From positions 14,078 through 78,077 of the forward strand of contig DATJOW010000017.1 of assembly GCA_035506715.1 (NCBI GenBank): DNA of 64,000 bases. Direction: 5' to 3'. This document shows positions 1 to 8,547 of this stretch, in pieces. Position 1 is the stretch's first letter. Each line of letters starts with the position of its first letter. The notes below the pieces were generated by a model, which was given only the letters and a program-made list of their open reading frames with translations, was not told the DNA's origin and made no database searches. A program made the position numbers and the translations under genes. Source of the DNA: Candidatus Acidiferrum sp. (GTDB lineage Bacteria > Verrucomicrobiota > Verrucomicrobiia > Limisphaerales > UBA11358).

Positions 1-485
1 GCGGGGCTACGACCTACGAACGCGCTTATCTGAACCTGGCGCGCCGCTTCCCGGCCAAGGTGGCCGCCTGCGTTGGCTATGACGAAGGGTTGTCACATCG
101 GATCGAGGCTGGCTGCGATTTTTACATCATGCCATCGCGCTTCGAGCCCAGCGGTTTGAACCAGATGTACAGCCTGCGCTACGGGACCATTCCCATCGTT
201 CGGGCCGTGGGCGGGCTGGATGACAGCGTGATTGACATGACCGAGGATGCCGCCCGGGCCAACGGTATCAAATTCCGGGCTTATTCGGCGCGGGCTTTGG
301 CGAAGGCAATTCGCAAGGCCCTGGCGCTTTATCATCAGCCAGCTTTGTTACGCCGATACCGCCAAAATGCCATGCGGGCGGACTTTTCCTGGGATCGGAC
401 CGTGGGTGAGTATTTGGAGGTGTACGAAGCCGCAAAAAACTTCAGCTTTGGACGAGATTTACAAAGCGCTGGGCGCGTTCCCTGA
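1..485 (+). CDS. glgA: Glycogen synthase, C-terminal fragment (5' end outside window)
   Basis: Frame open from base 3. Translation YDEGLSHRIEAGCDFYIMPSRFEPSGLNQMYSLRYGTIPIVRAVGGLDDSVID matches conserved C-terminal GT5 motifs of bacterial GlgA (PSRFEPxGL, YGTxPxV..GGL). Confidence 0.8.
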   Translation, partial: GATTYERAYLNLARRFPAKVAACVGYDEGLSHRIEAGCDFYIMPSRFEPSGLNQMYSLRYGTIPIVRAVGGLDDSVIDMTEDAARANGIKFRAYSARALAKAIRKALALYHQPALLRRYRQNAMRADFSWDRTVGEYLEVYEAAKNFSFGRDLQSAGRVP

Positions 486-822
486 CCACGGCACTGGGAT
501 GATCGGCCTGCCAGGGCGCGTTCCAGAGGACATAGAACTCAAAATCGGTCGGCCGCCGCCCATGGCTGCGTTGAAACCGGTCAACCCGGGGCCGCATGGT
601 ACTTTGGGCAGCCGTCAACGCCTGTTGCGGGTCATGCGGATTCCCACCCGGCCACAGCTCGGGCCGGATTTGGAACCGGGAAATCTCCCCAACCGCGCCG
701 ACGGCATGGTCGTTGTTGCCGCTTTCGATCATGGAAAGCGCCGCCCAGCGATCCATTGAGAATGCAGGGGTCGCCAGCCCAAGGCCGGCAACCACCAAAG
801 TGGCTAAAAAACGTACATTCAT
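442..822 (-). CDS. Small secreted lytic-transglycosylase-like (SLT domain) protein
   Basis: Signal peptide MNVRFLATLVVAGLGLATPAFS. ESGNNDHAVGAVGEISRFQI resembles the catalytic Glu-Ser ... G-x-x-Q region of SLT domains. ATG at 822 verified. The 3' end overlaps the glgA 3' end convergently. Confidence 0.55.
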   Translation of the reverse strand: MNVRFLATLVVAGLGLATPAFSMDRWAALSMIESGNNDHAVGAVGEISRFQIRPELWPGGNPHDPQQALTAAQSTMRPRVDRFQRSHGRRPTDFEFYVLWNAPWQADHPSAVVRERAQRFVNLVQS

Positions 823-1047
823 TGTCCACTAATAAAGCCATTCACTTTTTAACCGTCAAATGGATTGTTTTGACATTGAATATAACAAACATTGTGTAAC
901 TATATTTCTATTCAAATTCGCGTCGATTGAATCTCATTTGGCCTGCAGCTTTTAGATTTGCGGGTTTTTCAAATTCGCCTGAGAAAAATCACCCATGTCA
1001 AAAAACGTTAAAAATTAGCTCATTTGCCCTGGTTTACAGGCTATGGC

Positions 1048-1839
1048 CTACCTGGTTTGATTGAAGAACCTGGTTAGCCTCAAAACCACGCTGCGAGGCA
1101 GTATCCAGATGAGGAGAACGATTAAGCGATTTCGCCAGCCGGAGATCGCCATCCGTTTTCCCTGCCGAAAAGCTCGGTGACCATGCCTGGCCACTTCTGC
1201 CGCAGTCATTTTGCCGGTTCGGATCGCGCGGGACTTGGGACCGCGGGCCACGGTGCCGAAATTCGATTCCGTGGGGCCGGGGCAAAGGGCAGTCACCGTC
1301 ACTCCCATCCCGGCAACTTCTTCGGCCACAGCCTGGCTGAACGACCCAACAAACGCCTTGGTCGCGAAGTAAACCGCCATGCCCGGACCGGGCAGGAAAC
1401 CGGCGACCGACCCGACATTAAGGATGCCGCCTCGTTTCCGTTTAATCATGGCGGGCAGGAACCACCCAGTCAAAGCCGTGAGCGCGCCGATGTTAACCTG
1501 GATGATCTCGAGTTGGCGCGATAGCGGCAAATCAGCAAAGTCGCCGCTGGCGCCGAAACCGGCGTTGTTCACCAACACGTCCACCTGGATTCCCCTGCCC
1601 TGCAACTCCTGAAATACCTGCGCCGGCGTTTCCGGCAAGGAAAGATCGGCCGTCAGGACAATCGCTTCGATTCCATGAACTCGCCGCAATTCAGCGGCCA
1701 AAGCCTCCAGCGCCGCGGTGTTGCGGGCCAGCAGCACCAGCCGGCTGCCGTCACCCGCAAAACAACGGGCGAGCTCCAAGCCGATTCCCGACGACGCGCC
1801 GGTGATCAACACGGTGTCGCGCAGCAGCGGGGTGTTCAT
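1048..1839 (-). CDS. Short-chain dehydrogenase/reductase (SDR) family oxidoreductase
   Basis: TGASSGIGLELA cofactor motif, NNAG motif, YxxxK catalytic motif (YFATK). 263 aa is typical for an SDR. Confidence 0.85.
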   Translation of the reverse strand: MNTPLLRDTVLITGASSGIGLELARCFAGDGSRLVLLARNTAALEALAAELRRVHGIEAIVLTADLSLPETPAQVFQELQGRGIQVDVLVNNAGFGASGDFADLPLSRQLEIIQVNIGALTALTGWFLPAMIKRKRGGILNVGSVAGFLPGPGMAVYFATKAFVGSFSQAVAEEVAGMGVTVTALCPGPTESNFGTVARGPKSRAIRTGKMTAAEVARHGHRAFRQGKRMAISGWRNRLIVLLIWILPRSVVLRLTRFFNQTR

Positions 1840-1854
1840 CAGCTCGGAACGATC

Positions 1855-3117
1855 CTATTCATTTCCCCACCCGAATCGCCGGGTGATCGGCCAGTAAACG
1901 AAAAAGGACTTGCCGATGAGGCTCGTCTCCGGGAAATCCCCCCAAAACCGCGAATCCAAACTGCTCAGCGTGTTATCGCCCATCACAAAGAGATGGTTGG
2001 TGGCCACCTGGAAATCGCGACCCGGTGACAACTCATAAATCATGGCGTGGCCGTAATACTGGTTTTCCTTGTACGGAAGCGCTTTCATTCCCGGCGGCGC
2101 GCCGGAATAGGAATAGACATTTTCGAAATGCGGCGTGGACGCCGACAAGGGCTGCCCGTTGACAACCAGGTGCCCCACCGGCACCGCGTCGCCCCCGTAT
2201 TGCGGCACTCCGGTCACCAAATGGTCCTGGGTCAAGGAAAGGTTCTCACTTCCCAGCCCCACCAGCCGCTTGATGTAGAACTGGTCGCCCGGAACGCGAT
2301 ACGTTTCCCGGCGCGCTTCCGGGATCCCCGCCGTCGCGAAGACGACAATCTCGCCACGTTGCGGTTTTCGAAAATTGTAACTGAGCCGGTCCACAAAGAG
2401 GTGGTCACCGGCACTGACCCGCATTTTGATCACGTCGTCGCCCTTGTGATAATACCTGCCGGCTTCCAATCCGGCGCGATAGGCCAGCGGAATCCCGCCC
2501 GGTGGCGCTTCGCCCAGATCCGGCGGAAACCAGATGACGTGCTCCACGCCGCCGATGGTGATGGACTGCCGGATGTTGAAAATCAGGAAGCTGGTCATCG
2601 GGCTGACGGCTTCGATGGTTCCATCGGCCTGGGCAACCACATGAATGTAGGATACGCCCTCAAACCATTCCTTGATCCGTTCCCAGCCGGTGGGGATGAC
2701 GAATTTGGGATCGCCCGGCTGGCCGTCGTGCGCCAGGTAGTTTTTCGAGGTAACGCCGAACAAGGTCGGCTGCATCGAGCCGGTGGGGATCTTGAACGGT
2801 TGCAGGAAAAATGTGCGGATGGCCATGGCCACGGCAATGGCCACCAGCAGCACCTCGACATTCTCCCGCCACATCGCGTGCGGATAGGGCTTGATCCACT
2901 TGTTCGCGGCAAAATCCAGCTCGTCCATCTTCAGCCGGATCTTGCCGATGTTTTCGCCGGCCGCGATGGTGTCCCGCAACTGATTCAAGGCCGAGGTGAC
3001 CGCGTTCACGGATGCCGCCGGGAGGATGTCGCGTTGCGCGGAAAGCAGATGCCACACGTGCTTGCGCATGGCGCAGGCCTCGCGCACCGTTTTCGAAGTC
3101 AGCCAGCGGATGATCAT
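1855..3117 (-). CDS. lepB: Signal peptidase I
   Basis: GSMQPTL (Ser box), GDHLFVDR, YIKRLVGLG (Lys box), GDNTLSSLDSRFWG. Lies directly downstream of lepA, the classic lepA-lepB arrangement. Confidence 0.9.
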   Translation of the reverse strand: MIIRWLTSKTVREACAMRKHVWHLLSAQRDILPAASVNAVTSALNQLRDTIAAGENIGKIRLKMDELDFAANKWIKPYPHAMWRENVEVLLVAIAVAMAIRTFFLQPFKIPTGSMQPTLFGVTSKNYLAHDGQPGDPKFVIPTGWERIKEWFEGVSYIHVVAQADGTIEAVSPMTSFLIFNIRQSITIGGVEHVIWFPPDLGEAPPGGIPLAYRAGLEAGRYYHKGDDVIKMRVSAGDHLFVDRLSYNFRKPQRGEIVVFATAGIPEARRETYRVPGDQFYIKRLVGLGSENLSLTQDHLVTGVPQYGGDAVPVGHLVVNGQPLSASTPHFENVYSYSGAPPGMKALPYKENQYYGHAMIYELSPGRDFQVATNHLFVMGDNTLSSLDSRFWGDFPETSLIGKSFFVYWPITRRFGWGNE

Positions 3118-3226
3118 AAAATATGGCCAGTGCCGAGCGGCCCGTTGCTTGAATCAAAGGCAGCCCAATCGGGCCGGCGGCCGCTCCCCTGCCCCCGGCT
3201 TTTGACCTTGGACCTGCGGTGGTTGT

Positions 3227-5017
3227 TCATGCTTTCAATACTTCAATGAACGCCTCCTGCGGAATGTTCACACTGCCGATGGCTTTCATGCGTTTTTTAC
3301 CCTCTTTCTGTTTCTCCAGCAATTTGCGTTTGCGGGTGATGTCGCCCCCATAACACTTCGCGGTCACGTCCTTCCGCAACGCGCTCACGTGCTCGGAGGC
3401 AATGATTTTGCCGCCAATCGCCGCCTGGATTTTGACCTGGTACTGCTGACGGGGAATGACTTCCTTGAGTTTTTCCGCCAGGGCCCGTCCCCGGCCCTCC
3501 GCCTTCGACCGGTGCACGATGGACGAGAATGCATCCATGACTTCGCCGTTCACCAGCATGTCCAATTTGATCATGTCGCTCTCGGAGTAGCCCGCATGTT
3601 CATAATCCATCGACCCGTACCCGCGCGTCATGCTTTTGATGCGGTCGTGGAAATCAATCAGAATTTCATTCAACGGCAGCAGCGTGGTCATCATCACGCG
3701 CCGCGCATCCAGGGTTTCGGTGTGGTCCAGCGTGCCTCGCTTCTCGGAGATCAAGGCCATCATGTCGCCGATATTCTCGTTGGGACAGATGATAAAGGCC
3801 TTTACGGTCGGCTCCTCGATTTTCTGGATGTAATTCGGCTCCGGCAGAAAGACGGGATTGTCAATTTCCTTCACCGTCCCGTCGGACATCGTTACCCGGT
3901 AAATCACGCTGGGGTAGGTTGCGATGATATCCATGCCGTATTCGCGCCGCAGCCGCTCCTGGACGATTTCCAGGTGCAACAGGCCAAGAAACCCGCAGCG
4001 GAAGCCGAAACCCAGCGCCACGCTGGTCTCCGCCTGGTAGACAAAGGCCGAGTCGTTCAACTGCAGCTTGGCCATGTTCACCTTGAGATGCTCGTAATCC
4101 GCCGTATTGATGGGATAGATGCCGCTGAACACCATCGGATGAATCTCCTTGAAGCCCGGCAGGGCCTCAGCCGGCCGCCGCGCGTCGGTGATGGTATCAC
4201 CCATCTTCACTTCCGCCGGACTTTTGATATTGGCGGTGATGTAGCCGGTCTCACCGGTCTCCAGCCGGTTCCGCACGTAGGGTTTGGGATTGAAACTGCC
4301 GACTTCCTTTACCTCGTAACTCTTGCCCGAATGCAGCAGCTTGACGTGCATGCCGGCGCGCACCTCGCCGTTGAACACGCGCACGTGCGTGACCACGCCT
4401 TTGTAGGTGTCAAAATACGAATCAAACGCCAGCGCCTGCAACCCCCCCTGCCTCGTCGGCTTCGGCGCCGGAATCCGGGCCACAATTGCCTCCAGAATCT
4501 CATCAATGCCGATGCCTTCCTTGGCGCTGCACGGAATCGCCGTGTCGCCGGGAATGGCCAGGATGTCTTCGAGTTGCTGCCGGGCCTGGGCGACGTTGGC
4601 ATGGGGCAGGTCGATCTTGTTGATGACCGGGATGATCTCGAGGTTCTGCTTCATCGCCAGGTGGACGTTGGCGACCGTCTGGGCCTCGACGCCCTGGGCG
4701 GCATCCACCACCAGGAGGGCGCCGTCGCACGCGCTCAAACTGCGCGAAACTTCGTACGAAAAATCCACGTGGCCCGGCGTGTCAATCAGGTTCAACTCGT
4801 AGGATTCACCATTTTTGGCCTGGTACAGCATGGTGACCGGATGGGCCTTGATGGTAATGCCACGCTCCTTTTCGAGGTCCATCGAATCGAGCAGTTGATC
4901 CTCCATTTCGCGGTCGGAAATGGTGCCGGTCCGGTGCAGCAGGCGGTCGGAAAGCGTCGTCTTCCCATGGTCAATATGGGCGATGATGCTGAAATTGCGG
5001 ATATGTGCTGCGTCCAT
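3227..5017 (-). CDS. lepA: Translation elongation factor 4 (LepA)
   Basis: GTPase motifs IIAHIDHGKTTLSDRLL, LIDTPGHVDF, NKIDL, plus conserved LepA C-terminal region. I chose the ATG at 5017 (MDAAHIRNFSIIAH) rather than the ORF-track start at 5095, because the extension runs through a tandem repeat. Confidence 0.95.
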   Translation of the reverse strand: MDAAHIRNFSIIAHIDHGKTTLSDRLLHRTGTISDREMEDQLLDSMDLEKERGITIKAHPVTMLYQAKNGESYELNLIDTPGHVDFSYEVSRSLSACDGALLVVDAAQGVEAQTVANVHLAMKQNLEIIPVINKIDLPHANVAQARQQLEDILAIPGDTAIPCSAKEGIGIDEILEAIVARIPAPKPTRQGGLQALAFDSYFDTYKGVVTHVRVFNGEVRAGMHVKLLHSGKSYEVKEVGSFNPKPYVRNRLETGETGYITANIKSPAEVKMGDTITDARRPAEALPGFKEIHPMVFSGIYPINTADYEHLKVNMAKLQLNDSAFVYQAETSVALGFGFRCGFLGLLHLEIVQERLRREYGMDIIATYPSVIYRVTMSDGTVKEIDNPVFLPEPNYIQKIEEPTVKAFIICPNENIGDMMALISEKRGTLDHTETLDARRVMMTTLLPLNEILIDFHDRIKSMTRGYGSMDYEHAGYSESDMIKLDMLVNGEVMDAFSSIVHRSKAEGRGRALAEKLKEVIPRQQYQVKIQAAIGGKIIASEHVSALRKDVTAKCYGGDITRKRKLLEKQKEGKKRMKAIGSVNIPQEAFIEVLKA

Positions 5018-5024
5018 TGCTTGG

Positions 5025-5052
5025 GTGACGAGTGACAGGTGACAAGTGACAA
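5025..5052 (-). repeat. Heptamer tandem repeat x4 in the lepA leader (minus strand TTGTCAC TTGTCAC CTGTCAC TCGTCAC)
   Basis: GTGAC recurs at 5025, 5032, 5039 and 5046 (period 7). Exactly 7 nt (CCAAGCA on the minus strand) separate the last unit from the lepA ATG at 5017. Confidence 0.85.
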
Positions 5053-5107
5053 GACGGATGTTCGGTTGCTGTCGATGACACCGGCCACTGCCCACGTTCC
5101 GTCCAAA

Positions 5108-5150
5108 TAGGATAACTGGAAAACGGCTTAAGAAAAGGAAATTTGACTGT
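5108..5150 (-). promoter_or_regulatory. Conserved promoter-like box, copy 1 (about 100 nt upstream of lepA)
   Basis: Minus strand CAGTCAAATTTCCTTTTCTTAAGCCGTTTTCCAGTTATCCT. 28 of 34 core positions are identical to the copy at 6121-6162, and both end in a TAnnnT hexamer (TATCCT / TATGCT). Confidence 0.45.
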
Positions 5151-5210
5151 TATCCTCCGTCATGCACCGACCAAAAGAACCGCCACCGAATTCATTGCAA
5201 GGCATCGTCG

Positions 5211-6101
5211 TTAATTATCGCCCATGAGCTCGATGGCCTTTGCCTCATCGTCCGGATGCACCAATATTTCAATCATCGGAGCCGTCCCTCCATACCCGCC
5301 CAAAATCGCGGTAATCGGCATCACTTGCTGAACAGCGGCATCATCCCGGTTGATTTCGAACCGGACTTTTTCGCGGACAAAGCGTTTCAGGAAAGTTTCC
5401 GCTTCCATGACGGAAAACTTTCCCATGCTGCGAAACACCAGGTTTTGTTTCTCCGCCGGATCCGGCGGCAAAACCGGTTGTGTCAGCAATGTTCTGTCAA
5501 AGAAGGGTTGGTTGGGACCACGGGTGGAAACTATCCCCAGGTCAGCTCCAATGTATTCCGCACACCAATTGCCGGTCGCCTGAGGAATGGCTACGCGCCC
5601 CTGTCCTGGGATTGAAATGTGCGCGGGGCGAATGATCCATGTCCCTTGCACGCGATTAACGTCCAGAAACCGTCCTTCGTACGAAACGGGAGGGTGCGGG
5701 GGGTCATATTCGCAGGCGTATCCGTCGGCAATCAATTTTTCCCGCAACGTAATCAGGCGGCCATCCGGCGTGGTGGTGTAACTAATCGGCATCTGCTTTC
5801 TAAATTCAATCGTCGGAAAGTCGAAATATCCTTCGATCATGCCGTTGCCCGGCATTCCTTCGGGTGGGTCTTCGTTGATTGTGCCGGTGAAATGTTCCAT
5901 CCACCCTTGTTTCAACCTGAGGGTGAAACGAATCACCATGCATCCGGCGGAACCGTCAGCAGTTTCAAAACCGTAAACGCCGCGCCAAACACCGGTCACT
6001 TTGGTTCGCGTTTCCGCCGGGTCGTTCAAAGACTGCCCATCCACCGCGCAAACCGTGACATTATCAGAATACTCCTCACCGCAATAAGGACACTTCTTCA
6101 T
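5211..6101 (-). CDS. Hypothetical protein: N-terminal zinc-ribbon-like CPYCG motif, C-terminal DUF2007-like domain
   Basis: ATG at 6101 verified (MKKCPYCGEEYSDNVTVCAVDG). The C-terminal about 70 aa (VFRSMGKFSVMEAETFLKRF...IEILVHPDDEAKAIELM) resembles the DUF2007 fold. The central domain is unassigned. Confidence 0.6.
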   Translation of the reverse strand: MKKCPYCGEEYSDNVTVCAVDGQSLNDPAETRTKVTGVWRGVYGFETADGSAGCMVIRFTLRLKQGWMEHFTGTINEDPPEGMPGNGMIEGYFDFPTIEFRKQMPISYTTTPDGRLITLREKLIADGYACEYDPPHPPVSYEGRFLDVNRVQGTWIIRPAHISIPGQGRVAIPQATGNWCAEYIGADLGIVSTRGPNQPFFDRTLLTQPVLPPDPAEKQNLVFRSMGKFSVMEAETFLKRFVREKVRFEINRDDAAVQQVMPITAILGGYGGTAPMIEILVHPDDEAKAIELMGDN

Positions 6102-6120
6102 TCGAACCAATAGCCGGTCG

Positions 6121-6162
6121 AAGCATAACCGGGAAACGGTTGAAGAAAAGGAAATTTGCCGG
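6121..6162 (-). promoter_or_regulatory. Conserved promoter-like box, copy 2 (20-60 nt upstream of the 5211-6101 gene)
   Basis: Minus strand CCGGCAAATTTCCTTTTCTTCAACCGTTTCCCGGTTATGCT, aligning with copy 1. The TATGCT hexamer ends about 20 nt before the ATG at 6101. Confidence 0.45.
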
Positions 6163-6301
6163 GCGCCACCGGGAAAGGCCGGCACCTGCCGATTTTGGAT
6201 TGCATGCCGGCAGGCCGCTGCTTTCGGTCAAATCTCGGACAGCCGGGCGCGAGACTCCTCCCCCACCCTGCCCTGCCCTCCCTCGGCGCACAATTGCTGA
6301 A

Positions 6302-8056
6302 TCACAGGCATACCAACGGCACCGAACGCGGCAGACGGACCACGATCGTCCCGGCGATTTTGTCGTGCCAGCCCTGCTTTTCCCGGTCCCAGCCGATCCA
6401 GAAAAAGCCAAGGAAAAGCACCACGGCGGAAAGGGCCGCCGCCAGTCCGCGCACGAACGCAACGAGGATGGTCATTGGCCCGCCATCATGCCGGACGACC
6501 TGCAGCTTGAGCACAATCCCCCCGATGGTCGTTCCTTTCCAGGCCCACAAACCGGCGAAATACGCCAACGCCACGATGAACACCGCTGGCGGGAAGTTCA
6601 AAAAACCCATCAATAATCCGAGCGGCCCACGGACTATTCCGGCGATAACCGCCACCACCACCAAGTCCAGAAATGCCGCCCCCATGCGCTCCCAAAAACC
6701 GGCCCGGGGACAGGCCAACGCCGGTGGAAACGCCGCTGCGGCGCTGGGCGGAGCGCCCGCCGCCATTTGAGGCGGAGGAACGCCGGGCGGCAGACTGTCC
6801 GATGTGCCAGGAGATGCCGCAGCACCGGGAACTGGCGGAGCCGAAACAACGTCAGCAGAGATGCCCTGGCCACCGGTTGATGGCATAGGGGCAACGGCCG
6901 CCATGGTGGGCGGTATGCCATAAGCCGGCTGCGCGACCGCTGGTTTGTCGGGCATTTCCCGGCGCGACCGGCTGAAGACGGCAGTAACGGCACAGCCCAG
7001 CCCCCAAACGCCGAAGATGGTATAGCTCAACAATCCCAAAACAGGGACAAGGTAAAACAACGTGAGCAGCACGGTGCCGACGAGGAACGCCACCAGCGGC
7101 CTTTCGAACCCTTTCCCAAAGTGCCGTCCCAGTTTCAGACCGAGCCATTCCAGCACGGCGACCTTGCCCACCGCCGCGCCGATGAACAGGGCGGCCCAAA
7201 GGAAAGGCACGACAATCAACCCGATTCCGGTGATGGCCAGAACGATGACCACCACGGGCACGAGAATTTTTGTCAGCAACCCCATCAGGAAGGTGGTCGC
7301 CAGCCGCCGGGTTAAATGGTCCACGCATGCCTGGACCGGCTGGGGAAAACAGACGGCGATGAACAGGTAGAACAGGAAAAACACACCGGCGATGGCCCAG
7401 ACAAAGCCGACCTGCGGCGCCAGCGGCCGCAATTCAAACACGCAATACTTCAACCATTTGCCCAACCAGCCCAGGTTGAAGAAGGGGATCGGAAAGCCCA
7501 CGTTCACTTTCTCACCCCGAACGTTCGCGCCATCCGCAATTTTTAGCCTGCCGCCTACCGCCACGGTATCGCCGGATACCTTGGCTTTGGGGTCCACGGT
7601 CAACACGCCCATCACCGCCACAGCATCTTCGTGAACTCTCGCTCCCGGCTGCAAATGAACGTTGCCCATCACCGCGACCACGGCTTCGCCCACCTCCCCG
7701 TCCACCTCCGAGCTGCCACCGATCGTGACGACAGCTTCCCGGACTTTCCCGTGAATTTTCGCCGAGCCGCCGATGACCACCACCGCTTCGGCAGAATCTC
7801 CGACTTTCAATTCCACGTCCTGGCCGAACATCACAATGGGATGCAGTTGCCCACCGCTCCCGCCCTCTGGATTCATCGCAGTTTCATTGACGGCGGCAGC
7901 CGGCGGCGCATTGGATTCGTCCGCCGGATTGTTCGTCGCTGATATCACTTCCGGCTCGGCGGCGACGTTGGTTTCCTGGGCGGTTGCCCGCGGCGCCAGC
8001 GACAGACTCCCGGCGATCGTTAATAGAATCAACCACGTTCGATTTTTTGTTTTCAT
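6302..8056 (-). CDS. Membrane protein: exported bactofilin-like beta-helix repeat region, multi-TM core, Pro-rich linker, C-terminal RDD domain
   Basis: ATG at 8056 verified (MKTKNRTWLILLTIAGSLSLAPRATAQ signal peptide) and overlaps the upstream stop codon as ATGA. Repetitive VVIGGSAKIHGKVREAVVTIGGSSEVDGEVGEAVVAVMGNVHL pattern. C-terminal WDREKQGWHDKIAGTIVV is typical of RDD family proteins. Confidence 0.75.
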   Translation of the reverse strand: MKTKNRTWLILLTIAGSLSLAPRATAQETNVAAEPEVISATNNPADESNAPPAAAVNETAMNPEGGSGGQLHPIVMFGQDVELKVGDSAEAVVVIGGSAKIHGKVREAVVTIGGSSEVDGEVGEAVVAVMGNVHLQPGARVHEDAVAVMGVLTVDPKAKVSGDTVAVGGRLKIADGANVRGEKVNVGFPIPFFNLGWLGKWLKYCVFELRPLAPQVGFVWAIAGVFFLFYLFIAVCFPQPVQACVDHLTRRLATTFLMGLLTKILVPVVVIVLAITGIGLIVVPFLWAALFIGAAVGKVAVLEWLGLKLGRHFGKGFERPLVAFLVGTVLLTLFYLVPVLGLLSYTIFGVWGLGCAVTAVFSRSRREMPDKPAVAQPAYGIPPTMAAVAPMPSTGGQGISADVVSAPPVPGAAASPGTSDSLPPGVPPPQMAAGAPPSAAAAFPPALACPRAGFWERMGAAFLDLVVVAVIAGIVRGPLGLLMGFLNFPPAVFIVALAYFAGLWAWKGTTIGGIVLKLQVVRHDGGPMTILVAFVRGLAAALSAVVLFLGFFWIGWDREKQGWHDKIAGTIVVRLPRSVPLVCL

Positions 8057-8532
8057 AAGGAGCGTTCCTTGGGTTTCTCGAAAGCGAGCCGGAAATACAC
8101 GGTGCCCAGTCCCACACAGAGGGCGTAGCCCAGGGCCATACTTATCAGGCACGCGGCGACCACGCCCGCACCGAGTTTTTTTACCACGAGCAAGGCCGCC
8201 CTTGACAGCACGTCGAGCGTGTTTCCAATCATGTGCAGCCCGGAAAGCCATTCCCCCACCCGATGCAACGCCAGCGCGGGGGTGTGGGTTTGCGGCAGCT
8301 CCCAGCTGCCCAGGCAAAGTCCGCCAAACAACGCCAGCAAAAGCGCGAACGACGACGCCTGCCAGGCCACTGGCCACGTCTGCCACGAACGGCGGTACCA
8401 CGGCAGCCGGGCCCGTTGTTCGATGGCGCGCATCACCCGGTCCGACAGCGCGGCCGGGGCCACCATTTCGGGAAGCGGCCGCAGCTCGGCGTTGATGGCC
8501 GCTTCCAATTGTTGATCGTGATCTGGCTTCAT
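8053..8532 (-). CDS. Putative membrane anti-sigma factor
   Basis: 159 aa with TM segments (WQASSFALLLALFGGLCLGSW; AGVVAACLISMALGYALCVGLGTVYF). Starts 15 nt after the ECF sigma gene and overlaps the downstream gene as ATGA. The call rests on position and architecture only. Confidence 0.55.
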   Translation of the reverse strand: MKPDHDQQLEAAINAELRPLPEMVAPAALSDRVMRAIEQRARLPWYRRSWQTWPVAWQASSFALLLALFGGLCLGSWELPQTHTPALALHRVGEWLSGLHMIGNTLDVLSRAALLVVKKLGAGVVAACLISMALGYALCVGLGTVYFRLAFEKPKERSL

Positions 8533-8547
8533 ACCGGTCAGGCGGCT

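Noticed and set aside
3389-5035. 548-aa ORF on the plus strand opposite lepA
   Set aside because: Antisense shadow ORF typical of GC-rich DNA. Arg/Gly/His/Val-rich with no recognisable motifs, while the minus-strand frame is an unmistakable LepA.
5018-5095. N-terminal extension of lepA in the ORF track
   Set aside because: The extension translates the heptamer tandem repeat (LVTCHLSLVTQ). The conserved LepA N-terminus begins at the ATG at 5017.
8057-8401. 115-aa N-terminal extension of the RDD protein ORF
   Set aside because: It overlaps most of the anti-sigma gene in another frame. A clean signal peptide starts at the ATG at 8056, which forms an ATGA overlap with the upstream stop.
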